Of a DNA stretch of 64,000 nt, positions 10,179 to 19,295 are shown piece by piece. Origin of the DNA: an uncultured Acidobacteriota bacterium (lineage in GTDB: Bacteria; Acidobacteriota; Thermoanaerobaculia; Multivoradales; JAHEKO01); the NCBI GenBank assembly GCA_963713825.1, contig CAVQNG010000005.1:416001-480000 (forward strand). The letters run 5' to 3'. Each line of letters opens with the position of its first letter. The first letter of the stretch is position 1. The notes below the pieces were generated by a model. That model was not told the origin of the DNA. It saw nothing but the letters and a program-made list of their open reading frames with translations, and made no database searches. The position numbers and the translations under genes were made by a program.

Positions 10179-10959
10179 CCTCCTGCCACGCCGCTTCCAT
10201 TTCCTCGAGCGTCGCGTCAGCCAACCCTGACGGGTCCTTGTCGAGCTCTTCCTCCAAAGCATGAAATCGTCGCCGGAACTTTCGGTTGGCGCTGGCCAGG
10301 GCCGCCTCGGGATCGACGTCGAGTCGCCGCGCCAGATTCGCGATCGTCAACAGCAGGTCGCCGACCTCCTCGAAGACGGCCTCTTTTCGACCTTCTCGCG
10401 CCTCGCCTTCGTCGAGCTCCTGGCGCAGCTCTTTCAGCTCTTCGTCGACCTTGTCGAGAACGGCGGTCGCGTCGGGCCAATCGAATCCAACTCCAGCGAC
10501 CTTCTGAGTCATACGGTAGGCGGTCAGCAGGCTCGGGAGAGATGTGGGGAGGCCGTCCAAAACGGAAGACCTGGCTTCCTTGATCTCGGAGAGCTTGCGC
10601 TTTTCCCAGGCGCGGTGAACCTCGGCCACGCTCGACAACCGCTCGGAGCCAAAGACGTGGGGGTGACGAGCCACCATCTTGGCCTCGATGTCGCGGCTCA
10701 CCTGCCCGAGGTCGAAGGCCGAGGCCTCATCGGCCAGGGTAGCGATGAACACGATCTGGAAGAGCAGGTCGCCCAGTTCGGCCTGCAGCTCGGTCCAGTC
10801 GCCAGCGTCGATGGCGGCAGCGACTTCGTGCGCTTCTTCCAGGAGGTAGGCCCGCAAGTCCACGAGTCGCTGTTCACGGTCCCACGGGCAGCCGTCAGGA
10901 CTCCGGAGCTTTCGAACCAGAGCTGACAGGTCGGCGATCGAGTTGTGGAATTCGTTCAT
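10153..10959 (-). CDS. mazG: Nucleoside triphosphate pyrophosphohydrolase MazG
   Basis: LRSPDGCPWDREQ, EEAHE, ELGDLL, RHPHVF, GFDW, EEVGDLL. Confidence 0.95.
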   Translation of the reverse strand: MNEFHNSIADLSALVRKLRSPDGCPWDREQRLVDLRAYLLEEAHEVAAAIDAGDWTELQAELGDLLFQIVFIATLADEASAFDLGQVSRDIEAKMVARHPHVFGSERLSSVAEVHRAWEKRKLSEIKEARSSVLDGLPTSLPSLLTAYRMTQKVAGVGFDWPDATAVLDKVDEELKELRQELDEGEAREGRKEAVFEEVGDLLLTIANLARRLDVDPEAALASANRKFRRRFHALEEELDKDPSGLADATLEEMEAAWQEVKRREKNR

Positions 10960-11145
10960 CGGTAAGCCTCGGTTGGTCGATTCTTCGGATCATTCTTCGA
11001 GCGTGACGTGTTTAATTTCCGGATTGGCCCACGATGCATAAGATAGCGTGTGGCGGGCGTTTCCCGAGTCGAGGGGGTCCTTGCTACGATACCGGCTGGT
11101 TCGATCCGAGTCAGTGGGGTTTATTGTCCAAGGGAGTGTGTAGTT

Positions 11146-11655
11146 GTGACAGACGAAGAGATGAAGGTTACCGATAAGAGGATGTTCACGCCGGATGGTG
11201 AGCTGAAGGAAGAGTTTCAGCACCTCGATGAGGCTAAGGCCGAGGCCCCGGCCGCGCCAGAGCCCGTGGCCGAAGAGGAGCCTGGCGCCAGTCGACAGGA
11301 ACCGGCGCCACCTGTCGAGCCCGAGGTTACACCGGTCGCGTCTGAGGTCCCGCCGGTCGCCGAGCCGGAGGAAGGTCGAGGGCGGGTCGAGATTCCTCTA
11401 GGCGACGAGGGGCTCGGCGAGTTGAGTTTTCTCGACCTGGTGGGTCTGGTGGCTCAGCCGGTCGCCATCTACCTCGGCGATGCCAAGCTGCCAGGAGACG
11501 AATCGGCCGAGAACCTCGATATGGCGCGGCTGCATATCGACCTCCTGGAGGTCTTGAAAAGCAAGACCGCCGGCAATCTGACAGCCCAGGAGCACACGTT
11601 CTTGGAAGATCTGTTGTACCAACTGAGGCTGCGCTACGTTCAGAAGCGCGGCTAG
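11146..11655 (+). CDS. DUF1844 domain protein
   Basis: KVTDKRMF N-terminus, acidic/Pro linker, C-terminal IDLLEVLKSKTAGNLTAQE..LLYQLRLRYV; GTG start after AGGGAG. Confidence 0.8.
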   Translation: MTDEEMKVTDKRMFTPDGELKEEFQHLDEAKAEAPAAPEPVAEEEPGASRQEPAPPVEPEVTPVASEVPPVAEPEEGRGRVEIPLGDEGLGELSFLDLVGLVAQPVAIYLGDAKLPGDESAENLDMARLHIDLLEVLKSKTAGNLTAQEHTFLEDLLYQLRLRYVQKRG

Positions 11656-11674
11656 GGCGATCGAACGACGGACC

Positions 11675-13471
11675 ATGGATCATGGGAGATCGGGAGCAGA
11701 CTTCATGAGCGCGACGCGGCCAACAGTGGTCCAGAGAGCGCAGTGGGGTCGTGGGTCGCTCCTGTTCGTGCTTCTTTGGGTAGCGATTGTCTCTGCCGCA
11801 CCGACCGGCGCCGTCGAGCAATCGGTTGCCGATGACTTGAAGCTGAGTCTCGAATCGAGAAACACCTTTGCCAGGCTGCAGGACCAGTGGCTGGAGTGGC
11901 TGGCCGCCTCCTACCAGGCTGATGCGGAGCGCGCCGAGGCGGCTCTGGGTGCGCTGCTGTCGGATGCCGACCAGCTGGACATGAGGCGGCTTCCCGACCT
12001 CAGCCTCGGAGCCGCTGGGCGGGCTGTCGAGTTCGCCGCGCGAGGCGACTTCGAGGTGGCGGCCTGGTGCCTGAGCGCTGCCGAAAGGCTCGATCCGGAC
12101 CGTCCCGAGGTCGCATTCGCCGCCGCTCGTGTGGCGCGCATGGAAGGCGAGTACTTCGAGATGGTGCGGCGGACAGCCAGCGCCTTCTCGAGGCTGCTCG
12201 AGGTGCCGCTCTACCGATCCCTCTGGTTGAGCAACTTGTCGCTGTGGGGTCTGGTGGTGTTGCTGGCCACCGGGGCGCTCTTTGTCGGTCTCTTGATGGC
12301 GACGCGCGGCGCCGAGCTGCTGCATGATGTGCTGGGATTCAATGAGCGTTTCCTACCTGGCCCCGTGGCCATGGTGCTGACCGCCGCGTTTCTCTTGTGG
12401 CCTGTGCTGCTGCCGGCTGGCCTCCTCTGGCTGGTGGTCTACTGGTCCATCCTGCTCTGGAGCTATGGCTCTGTTGCCGAGAGGGCCGTGCTGATCGGTC
12501 TCTGGGTCGTTCTTGGCGTCACACCGCTGTTGTTGAATGAGCAGCGACAGAGAGTGCGGATCGAGCTGGCTCCGGCGACGATCTCGATGGAAAACCTCGA
12601 GGAGGGCCGGCTCAAGGGCACCTTGCTTCGAGATCTCACGTCGCTTCAGGCCGCGTTGCCTGACAACAATGCCGTGACGCACCTTTTGGCCGATCTCTAC
12701 TGCAGGCTCGGCGAATGGGACCTGGCGCGAGGGCTCTATCTCGATGTCCTGGAGGAAGAGCCCAGGAACACCACGGCCCTGAACAACACGGGAGTCTGTT
12801 TCTTTCACGACGGTGACCACATTCAAGCGGTGGAGTACTTTCAACAGGCCACTGCGACGGATGGACCCTCGGCCGCCGCCCATTTCAATCTCAGCCAGAT
12901 CTACTCCGACCACTATCGCTTCCGCCAGGCTGGTCGTGAGCTGCAGACAGCCCGAACCTTGAACAGTGCCATGGTGGGGGAGTGGTTGAGTCGAGCCGCC
13001 ACGGAGAAGGTCATCGTCCAGAGCGGCGGTATCAGCCGTTCGGACGAGGTGCGCGCCGAGCTGCGCTCTGTGTGGCGTAGCGGTGAGGCCGATTCCCGGT
13101 GGTCCGCCTTGTGGCCCAGTACACTGCCTTTACCGTTGGCGCTGGCCTTCCTGGCGATCGCGGCCGGTCTGTATCTGATCGTGCGGCGGGGGCGAAAGAA
13201 CAAGCCGGATTTACAGTTCGTGGATCGGGACCGAAGCGGTCGCTGGCTCACCATGTTGCTACCGGGGTACGCCGAAGCCGAGGCCGGTCAATCTCTGCGC
13301 GCTTTCCTGGCGGTGCTGGTGCCCGTCGCATTGGTGACGCTTCCTCTGATCGACAAGCTGGGCTACCGCCAGCCGATTCTCTTTGCGCCGGGTGGCACGC
13401 TGCTCCTCGCAGTTTCAGTTGTCTTGCTGGCGATCTATTTCGGAGCCCGACTGTGGCGGCTGAGAGTCTAG
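11675..13471 (+). CDS. Membrane protein with TPR repeats
   Basis: Signal peptide, TM clusters, TPR-like helices (ALNNTGVCFF, AHFNLSQIY). Confidence 0.7.
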   Translation: MDHGRSGADFMSATRPTVVQRAQWGRGSLLFVLLWVAIVSAAPTGAVEQSVADDLKLSLESRNTFARLQDQWLEWLAASYQADAERAEAALGALLSDADQLDMRRLPDLSLGAAGRAVEFAARGDFEVAAWCLSAAERLDPDRPEVAFAAARVARMEGEYFEMVRRTASAFSRLLEVPLYRSLWLSNLSLWGLVVLLATGALFVGLLMATRGAELLHDVLGFNERFLPGPVAMVLTAAFLLWPVLLPAGLLWLVVYWSILLWSYGSVAERAVLIGLWVVLGVTPLLLNEQRQRVRIELAPATISMENLEEGRLKGTLLRDLTSLQAALPDNNAVTHLLADLYCRLGEWDLARGLYLDVLEEEPRNTTALNNTGVCFFHDGDHIQAVEYFQQATATDGPSAAAHFNLSQIYSDHYRFRQAGRELQTARTLNSAMVGEWLSRAATEKVIVQSGGISRSDEVRAELRSVWRSGEADSRWSALWPSTLPLPLALAFLAIAAGLYLIVRRGRKNKPDLQFVDRDRSGRWLTMLLPGYAEAEAGQSLRAFLAVLVPVALVTLPLIDKLGYRQPILFAPGGTLLLAVSVVLLAIYFGARLWRLRV

Positions 13472-13478
13472 GACCTGA

Positions 13479-14819
13479 ATGATGAGCGCTAAAGATCCAG
13501 TGCAGGTGCGAGGCTTGGTGGATGTCCTGCTGACGATCGGTCGGCAGCACGGGACCGGCATTCTCACCGTCCAGAACGAGGACGGTACGGTCGGCATCAC
13601 CTTCAAGGCCGGGGAGATCGTGTCGGCCGACTCCATGAACCAGAGCGAGGCCGAGGGCCTGGGCCAGATCCTCACCGAGAAAGGCCTGGTGCTGCAGGCA
13701 GAGCTGGCGGAGATGAAAGCCGAGCACGAGCGAGGTGGGCGGCGCATCATCGATTTGCTGGTGGACCGACATCTCCTGGAGCGCGATCAGCTGCTGGAGA
13801 TTCTCCGACTTCGTTTCTTCGATCTCAGTCGGCAGGTGCTGACCTGGTCGAGTGGTGAGTTCCGGTTCTACCGGGTCGAGGAGGTCGCCTTCGAGAAAGG
13901 AATCCGCCCCCTGTCGGTAGAAGAGCTGCTGGTGCGAGCGGCGGAGGAGCTGGGCCCTGCAGGGCCGCTTCCAGGCAGGGTGCCCACGCCCCAGGCGGTC
14001 TATGCGAAGGTGGAGGAATCCGAGACGGGGCAGGTCACTCCCCAGGCCTCGCCGTTCGAGTTGGACCTCGAGGAGGGGAGCGAAGTTCTCGATCTGCTGC
14101 ATTGGCTCAATGGCGAGCGTTCCGCCGCCGACGTGTCCATCGAAAGCGGCATACCGCAGTACAAGATTCTTTTTGACATCTATGCTCTCCAGCAGGGCGG
14201 CCGAGCCCTGGCGGTCGACCACGACACGGCGGAGCCGTTGACGACAGGCAGCCCGTGGTTGGCTGATCTGGAGGGTGGCGCAGGCCAGGGCTCGAAGATC
14301 TCCAACGTCACTGCCAAAGCGACCGAGTGGTGGCAATCCCGCCTGGATCGGCTGCCGGATTCCGAGGAGCGGTGGCGTACCTGGCCCCACAAAGCTTTCG
14401 GTGTCGGGTTGATTGTGGCGCTGGTCGCCGCGCTCTTGGTGGATCCGGGCCGATTCCTCCTACCATTTCCCTGGCAAGGGGGGCTGCGACAAGCCCTGTT
14501 GGATGAGCAGACCTCGGCGGCGTATCTCAAGGTCGACCGCGCCGCCAAGACCTGGTTCCTGTTGGAAGGTCAGTTCCCCGAGGAGTTCTCGGAGCTCGCT
14601 TCCTACGGCTCCCTGATTGGGGCCGACATGGTCGATCCTGCGGGTCGTCCTTTGGGTTATGCGGCCCAGATCGCCAGCTATCTGGTCTATCCCCTGGGAG
14701 AAGGGGATCCTGCTCCAGGTAGCTCCAGGACAGAGCCGATTACGGGTGATTTCCTGCTGGATCCGGAGTTCATCACTCCCCCTACCGAGCCGATAACACC
14801 CCTGATACTGCTGGAATAG
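13479..14819 (+). CDS. DUF4388 (PatA-N-like) domain membrane protein
   Basis: TGILTV..GEIVSA..LGQIL..WSSGEFRF pattern; a single TM segment. Confidence 0.75.
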   Translation: MMSAKDPVQVRGLVDVLLTIGRQHGTGILTVQNEDGTVGITFKAGEIVSADSMNQSEAEGLGQILTEKGLVLQAELAEMKAEHERGGRRIIDLLVDRHLLERDQLLEILRLRFFDLSRQVLTWSSGEFRFYRVEEVAFEKGIRPLSVEELLVRAAEELGPAGPLPGRVPTPQAVYAKVEESETGQVTPQASPFELDLEEGSEVLDLLHWLNGERSAADVSIESGIPQYKILFDIYALQQGGRALAVDHDTAEPLTTGSPWLADLEGGAGQGSKISNVTAKATEWWQSRLDRLPDSEERWRTWPHKAFGVGLIVALVAALLVDPGRFLLPFPWQGGLRQALLDEQTSAAYLKVDRAAKTWFLLEGQFPEEFSELASYGSLIGADMVDPAGRPLGYAAQIASYLVYPLGEGDPAPGSSRTEPITGDFLLDPEFITPPTEPITPLILLE

Positions 14820-14866
14820 GCCCAGTTGCAGGGTCTTGTCGTCCGGATACCTGTGTCCGGGAATAA

Positions 14867-14926
14867 ATCTTAGTGAAAAATTGTAAGATATAGTGAGTGA
14901 GCAAGTTGACAAGGCTCCGCTAAACT
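14867..14926. promoter_or_regulatory. Putative HspR (HAIR-like) operators upstream of dnaK
   Basis: TCTTAGT-N7-TGTAAGA (14868-14888) and GTTGACA-N7-GCTAAAC (14905-14925) share the 7-7-7 geometry of CTTGAGT-N7-ACTCAAG; AT-rich; hspR lies in the same operon. Confidence 0.5.
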
Positions 14927-15009
14927 TTGAGAACAGTTTTTGGCCGCCGCCGGCAGAACCACCGGCACAAAGCCACTGAAATTGCAGGAAAAACTCAGGA
15001 GGAAAAAGG

Positions 15010-16908
15010 ATGAGCAAGATTATCGGAATCGATCTGGGTACCACCAATAGTGTGGTGGCCCTGATGGAAGGAACCGAGCCCAAGGTGGTCGCCAATGCCG
15101 AAGGGAACAGAACGACGCCGTCCGTGGTGGCTTTCACCAAGAGCGGTGAGCGTCTGGTCGGTCAGGTCGCGAAGCGGCAGAGTGTGACCAATCCCGAGAA
15201 CACCATCTACTCCATCAAGCGATTCATGGGTCGTCGCTACGACGAGGTGAGCGAAGAGATGAAGATGGTGCCCTTCAAGGTCACTGACGGAGACGGTGGC
15301 GTCCGAATCGTCGTCGAGGGGAAAGAGTACACCCCGGAGGAGATATCGGCGATGGTCCTGCAGAAGCTCAAGCAGGCGGCCGAGGACTATCTGGGCGAAG
15401 AGGTGACGAAAGCCGTCATCACCGTGCCGGCCTACTTCAACGATGCGCAGAGGCAGGCCACCAAGGATGCGGGCCGGATCGCCGGCCTGGAGGTCGAACG
15501 TCTGGTCAATGAGCCGACTGCGGCAGCCCTGGCCTACGGCCTCGACAAGAAGAAGGATCAGTTGATCGCCGTTTACGACTTCGGTGGAGGCACGTTCGAC
15601 ATCTCCATTCTCGAGGTTGGAGAGGGAGTCGTCGAAGTCAAGGCGACCAATGGTGACACGCACCTGGGAGGCGACAACATCGACCAGCGGATCATCGACT
15701 GGTTGCTGGAGGAGTTCAAGAAGGACCAGGGTATCGACCTGGCCAAGGATCCGATGGCGGTCCAGCGTCTCAGAGAGGCGGCGGAGAAGGCCAAGATCGA
15801 GCTCTCGAGCGCCCAGGAGACCGAGATCAATCTACCCTTCATCACGGCCGATGCCTCGGGCCCGAAGCATCTCAACATCAAGCTGACTCGCAGCAAGCTC
15901 GAGCAGCTGGTCGAGGATCTGATTCAGCGTTCCGTCGAGCCCTGTAAGCAGGCGTTGAAGGACGCAGGTGTCGACAAGGACGCTATCGACGAAGTGGTGC
16001 TGGTCGGTGGTCAGACCCGCATGCCGGCAGTCCAGAAGGTCGTCCAGGAAGTCTTCGGTCGCGAGCCGCACAAGGGTGTGAACCCCGACGAGGTGGTGTC
16101 GATCGGCGCAGCGGTTCAGGGCGGCGTCCTGCGAGGCGATGTGACAGACGTTCTGCTCCTGGATGTCACCCCCCTGTCCCTGGGCATCGAAACCCTGGGA
16201 GGGGTGTTCACCAAGCTGATCGACCGCAACACGACCATCCCGACGCGCAAGAACGAGGTTTTCTCGACCGCGGCGGACAGTCAGACCTCGGTCGAGGTGC
16301 ATGTGCTGCAAGGTGAGCGCGAAATGGCGAAGGACAATCGAACGCTGGGACGATTCCACCTGGTGGGAATCCCGTCGGCGCCACGAGGCGTGCCTCAGAT
16401 CGACGTCATCTTCGACATCGACGCCAACGGCATTCTCAACGTATCGGCCAAGGACCTGGGTACCGGCAAGGAGCAGAAGATCACTATCAGCGGCTCCGGT
16501 GGCCTGGGCGAAGACGAGATCCAGCGCATGGTGAAGGACTCCGAGTCCAATGCCGAAGAGGACAAAGACCGACGGCAACGGGTGGAGGCGCGAAATCGTC
16601 TCGATCAGCTGATCTACTCGACAGAGAAGACTCTCGAGGAGCACAAGGACAAGTTGGGCTCCGACGATCAGGCCAACCTCGGTCGTTCCCTGGAGGAAGC
16701 GAAGCAAGCCCTCGAGTCCGACGACCTGGCGAAGCTCGAGAAGGCCGTCGCCGACCTGACCGAGGCCTCGCACAAGCTGGCCGAGGCCATGTACAAGGAC
16801 ACTCAGGCTGGAGCTCCGGGAGCCGCACCAGAGAGTGCGCCGAGTCCCGAAGCGGATGACTCCGAAGTGATCGACGCCGAGTTCGTCGACGTCGACGAGG
16901 CCAACTAA
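15010..16908 (+). CDS. dnaK: Chaperone DnaK (Hsp70)
   Basis: [42 protein letters not shown]. Confidence 0.99.
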   Translation: MSKIIGIDLGTTNSVVALMEGTEPKVVANAEGNRTTPSVVAFTKSGERLVGQVAKRQSVTNPENTIYSIKRFMGRRYDEVSEEMKMVPFKVTDGDGGVRIVVEGKEYTPEEISAMVLQKLKQAAEDYLGEEVTKAVITVPAYFNDAQRQATKDAGRIAGLEVERLVNEPTAAALAYGLDKKKDQLIAVYDFGGGTFDISILEVGEGVVEVKATNGDTHLGGDNIDQRIIDWLLEEFKKDQGIDLAKDPMAVQRLREAAEKAKIELSSAQETEINLPFITADASGPKHLNIKLTRSKLEQLVEDLIQRSVEPCKQALKDAGVDKDAIDEVVLVGGQTRMPAVQKVVQEVFGREPHKGVNPDEVVSIGAAVQGGVLRGDVTDVLLLDVTPLSLGIETLGGVFTKLIDRNTTIPTRKNEVFSTAADSQTSVEVHVLQGEREMAKDNRTLGRFHLVGIPSAPRGVPQIDVIFDIDANGILNVSAKDLGTGKEQKITISGSGGLGEDEIQRMVKDSESNAEEDKDRRQRVEARNRLDQLIYSTEKTLEEHKDKLGSDDQANLGRSLEEAKQALESDDLAKLEKAVADLTEASHKLAEAMYKDTQAGAPGAAPESAPSPEADDSEVIDAEFVDVDEAN

Positions 16909-16931
16909 GCACTGAGTAGCGATTGAATCCG

Positions 16932-16977
16932 CGCCCCATCGCTGGCCCTGGCCAAACCGGGTGACAGCGATGGGGCG
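16932..16977 (+). terminator. GC-rich intercistronic hairpin without a U-tract (mRNA stabiliser/partial terminator)
   Basis: Perfect 13-bp arms CGCCCCATCGCTG / CAGCGATGGGGCG. Confidence 0.6.
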
Positions 16978-17004
16978 AGGCTACACCCCTCGGGAGATCG
17001 AACC

Positions 17005-17469
17005 ATGCCGCGAAAACAGAAGCAGCGAAAGTACCTGATGATCAGCGCTGTGGCGGAGCGTTTCGAGATCCATCCCCAGACGCTGCGCCTTTATGAGCGG
17101 GAGGGCCTCATTGCCCCGCAACGAAGCCAAGGCAACACCCGCCTCTACGATGAAGAGACCCTGCAGCGTCTCGAGACGATTCTCACCCTGACAAGGGACC
17201 TGGGAGTCAACCTCGCCGGGGTCGAAGTCATCCTCAACATGCGCCAGCAGATGGAGAGCATGCAGATCGAGGTCGATCGTCTGTTGGCCTTCGTCAAGCA
17301 GGAAATCCTGGATCGTCGAACCGGTGTGGACCGCCGGTACGCATTGGTCAGGGTGGGAAGAGGGCCCTTGACGCGATCGACTCTCGCCGAACAGGAAGCC
17401 ACGGATCGCGAACCCCAGCGACGTCGCGGCTCCCGGTCATCCACCAAGCCCAAATCCCGCCGCCGCTGA
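17005..17469 (+). CDS. hspR: MerR-family heat-shock repressor HspR
   Basis: YLMISAVAE..IHPQTLRLYEREGL..RSQGNTRLY..LGVNLAGVEVIL; directly after dnaK. Confidence 0.9.
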   Translation: MPRKQKQRKYLMISAVAERFEIHPQTLRLYEREGLIAPQRSQGNTRLYDEETLQRLETILTLTRDLGVNLAGVEVILNMRQQMESMQIEVDRLLAFVKQEILDRRTGVDRRYALVRVGRGPLTRSTLAEQEATDREPQRRRGSRSSTKPKSRRR

Positions 17470-17508
17470 GAGACTGCTGTCGCCCTGCCCCCATGCTACG
17501 ATTCGTGG

Positions 17509-18312
17509 ATGCCATTGGAGGCTGGACAAGAGGACATCTGCCCGGAGTGTGAAGGCCGGGGATGGGTCATCGAGCAGGACAACGGTGCCGGTACGGCCCG
17601 CCGCTGTGACTGCCGGTTCCAGAATCTGGCACCGCGCCTCCTCGAAGCAGCCGGGATTCCATCCCGCTATCGCAACTGCTCGTTCAAGAACTTCGACATC
17701 AACGCACCCAGCCCAGCAGACAAAGACCAGCTGCTGCAGGCCAAGACCGTCAGCGACCACTACGTCGAGGGCTTCCTGAAGCCCGAAGGCGGTTTCACGG
17801 AGTCTGGCCTCCTCTATATCGGCTCACCAGGTGTGGGCAAGACCCACCTGGCCGTGGCGGTACTGAAATCCTTGATCGAGCGCTACCGGGTCCGTGGCCT
17901 ATTCGTGGACTTCACGGCGCTCATTCATCAGATTCAATCGACGTTCGATCCCGGTTCGCCGGAGTCGAAACGAGATGTCCTCGACCCGGTCGTCAAGGCC
18001 GAAGTCCTGGTACTCGACGAATTGGGCGCGCAAAAGCCCACACCCTGGGTGAACGAGATCCTCTACCTGATCATGAACAGTCGCTACACGCAGCGGCTAC
18101 CGACCCTGTTTACGACCAACTTCCGACTCGAGTCGGACTCTGTGGCGGCCCACGACAATCTCGATCGAACTCCTTCGAGCCCGAGCTTCCAGCTGCTGTC
18201 TTCCCGCATCTCTGCCAACCTTTTGAGCAGGCTGTACGAGATGGCGCGCCCAGTGGCCATCGAGGCGGAGGATTTTCGGCGGGAAGTCCAGATGCAGAAG
18301 CATCGATTCTAG
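17509..18312 (+). CDS. DnaC/IstB-like AAA+ ATPase with N-terminal Zn finger
   Basis: CPECEGRG..CDC; GSPGVGKTHLA; VLDELG; TTN; SRLYEM. Confidence 0.85.
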   Translation: MPLEAGQEDICPECEGRGWVIEQDNGAGTARRCDCRFQNLAPRLLEAAGIPSRYRNCSFKNFDINAPSPADKDQLLQAKTVSDHYVEGFLKPEGGFTESGLLYIGSPGVGKTHLAVAVLKSLIERYRVRGLFVDFTALIHQIQSTFDPGSPESKRDVLDPVVKAEVLVLDELGAQKPTPWVNEILYLIMNSRYTQRLPTLFTTNFRLESDSVAAHDNLDRTPSSPSFQLLSSRISANLLSRLYEMARPVAIEAEDFRREVQMQKHRF

Positions 18313-18332
18313 AGCTCGCCCCGACCTCGGCA

Positions 18333-19295
18333 ATGGCACTCTCGGCGGTCAGCTGCATTCAACGCGGTGTCACCAACCTGCGAGCCAATTGGGAGTTGGT
18401 CTTCATCTCCTGGTTGCAGGGCTTCCTATCGGCCTCTTTGGTCGTCGTGGGTTTCGCTCCGCCCCTTGCGGTCCTGGGGTTCGCATCGCTCGACTGGATG
18501 AACACGACCCCGGTGGAGTGGGCCGAGTTCCTGGCCCAAATGGGTCAGTTGATGAATCGAGGCTCGGAAGCCTGGTTGCTGCTGGGAACCTCGCTTCTAG
18601 TGTCGTGTGCCATATGGCTAGCGGCATTTCTGGTTTACTGTTTCTTTCAAGGTGGAATTTTCGGCATCCTCATGACTGGCGACCGGCAGGCACCCCAAGG
18701 ACGACTCCATGGCTGGGAGTGGTTCCGGACCTACAGCGGGCGAGACCTGCGGGGCTGGGGTGGACGGTATCTGTGGAGGTACTTCTGGTTGCTCAACCTG
18801 ATTGCCTCGCTCGCCCTGCTCTGGGTGCTGATCTTCGCAGTCGTGATCGGTCTGACCGCACTGGGTGGCGAGCAATGGGGAGCGACGGCGGCATTCGGCA
18901 TCGGCTGCGGGGCCTCGATTCCACTCTTCTTCGGTTTGCTGCTGCTGGCTCTCTGGGCGAACGTGGCGCAGGTCGACCTGGCTCGAGAGGATTCGAGTGT
19001 CGGTACGGCGCTGCGTCGATCGCTGGGATTGGTAGGGCGGCGGTTGGGTGCGGTCACGATCCTCTTCCTCGTCGCACTGGTCCTGGCCATCGTGATCGGT
19101 GTCGGGTTCTCGATCCTGTCGTTCGCCTCGGGTCTCTTCCTGCCCGAGACCGGTTCCGGCCAATGGGCGGGTATGTTGGTCCAACTCGTTCTCAGTGGCA
19201 TCGAGATGATCCTGGGTAGCATGGTTGCCATTGGTCTCTCCGCTTCTCTCGTCAGCCTGGTGCGAAGTGAAGTGGCACTGGAGCACCAGGGTTGA
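18333..19295 (+). CDS. Hypothetical multi-pass membrane protein
   Basis: About six hydrophobic segments; operon-like spacing. Confidence 0.7.
   Translation: MALSAVSCIQRGVTNLRANWELVFISWLQGFLSASLVVVGFAPPLAVLGFASLDWMNTTPVEWAEFLAQMGQLMNRGSEAWLLLGTSLLVSCAIWLAAFLVYCFFQGGIFGILMTGDRQAPQGRLHGWEWFRTYSGRDLRGWGGRYLWRYFWLLNLIASLALLWVLIFAVVIGLTALGGEQWGATAAFGIGCGASIPLFFGLLLLALWANVAQVDLAREDSSVGTALRRSLGLVGRRLGAVTILFLVALVLAIVIGVGFSILSFASGLFLPETGSGQWAGMLVQLVLSGIEMILGSMVAIGLSASLVSLVRSEVALEHQG

Noticed and set aside
17509-18312. IS21 element or prophage replication module
   Set aside because: No istA, terminal repeats or phage genes adjacent
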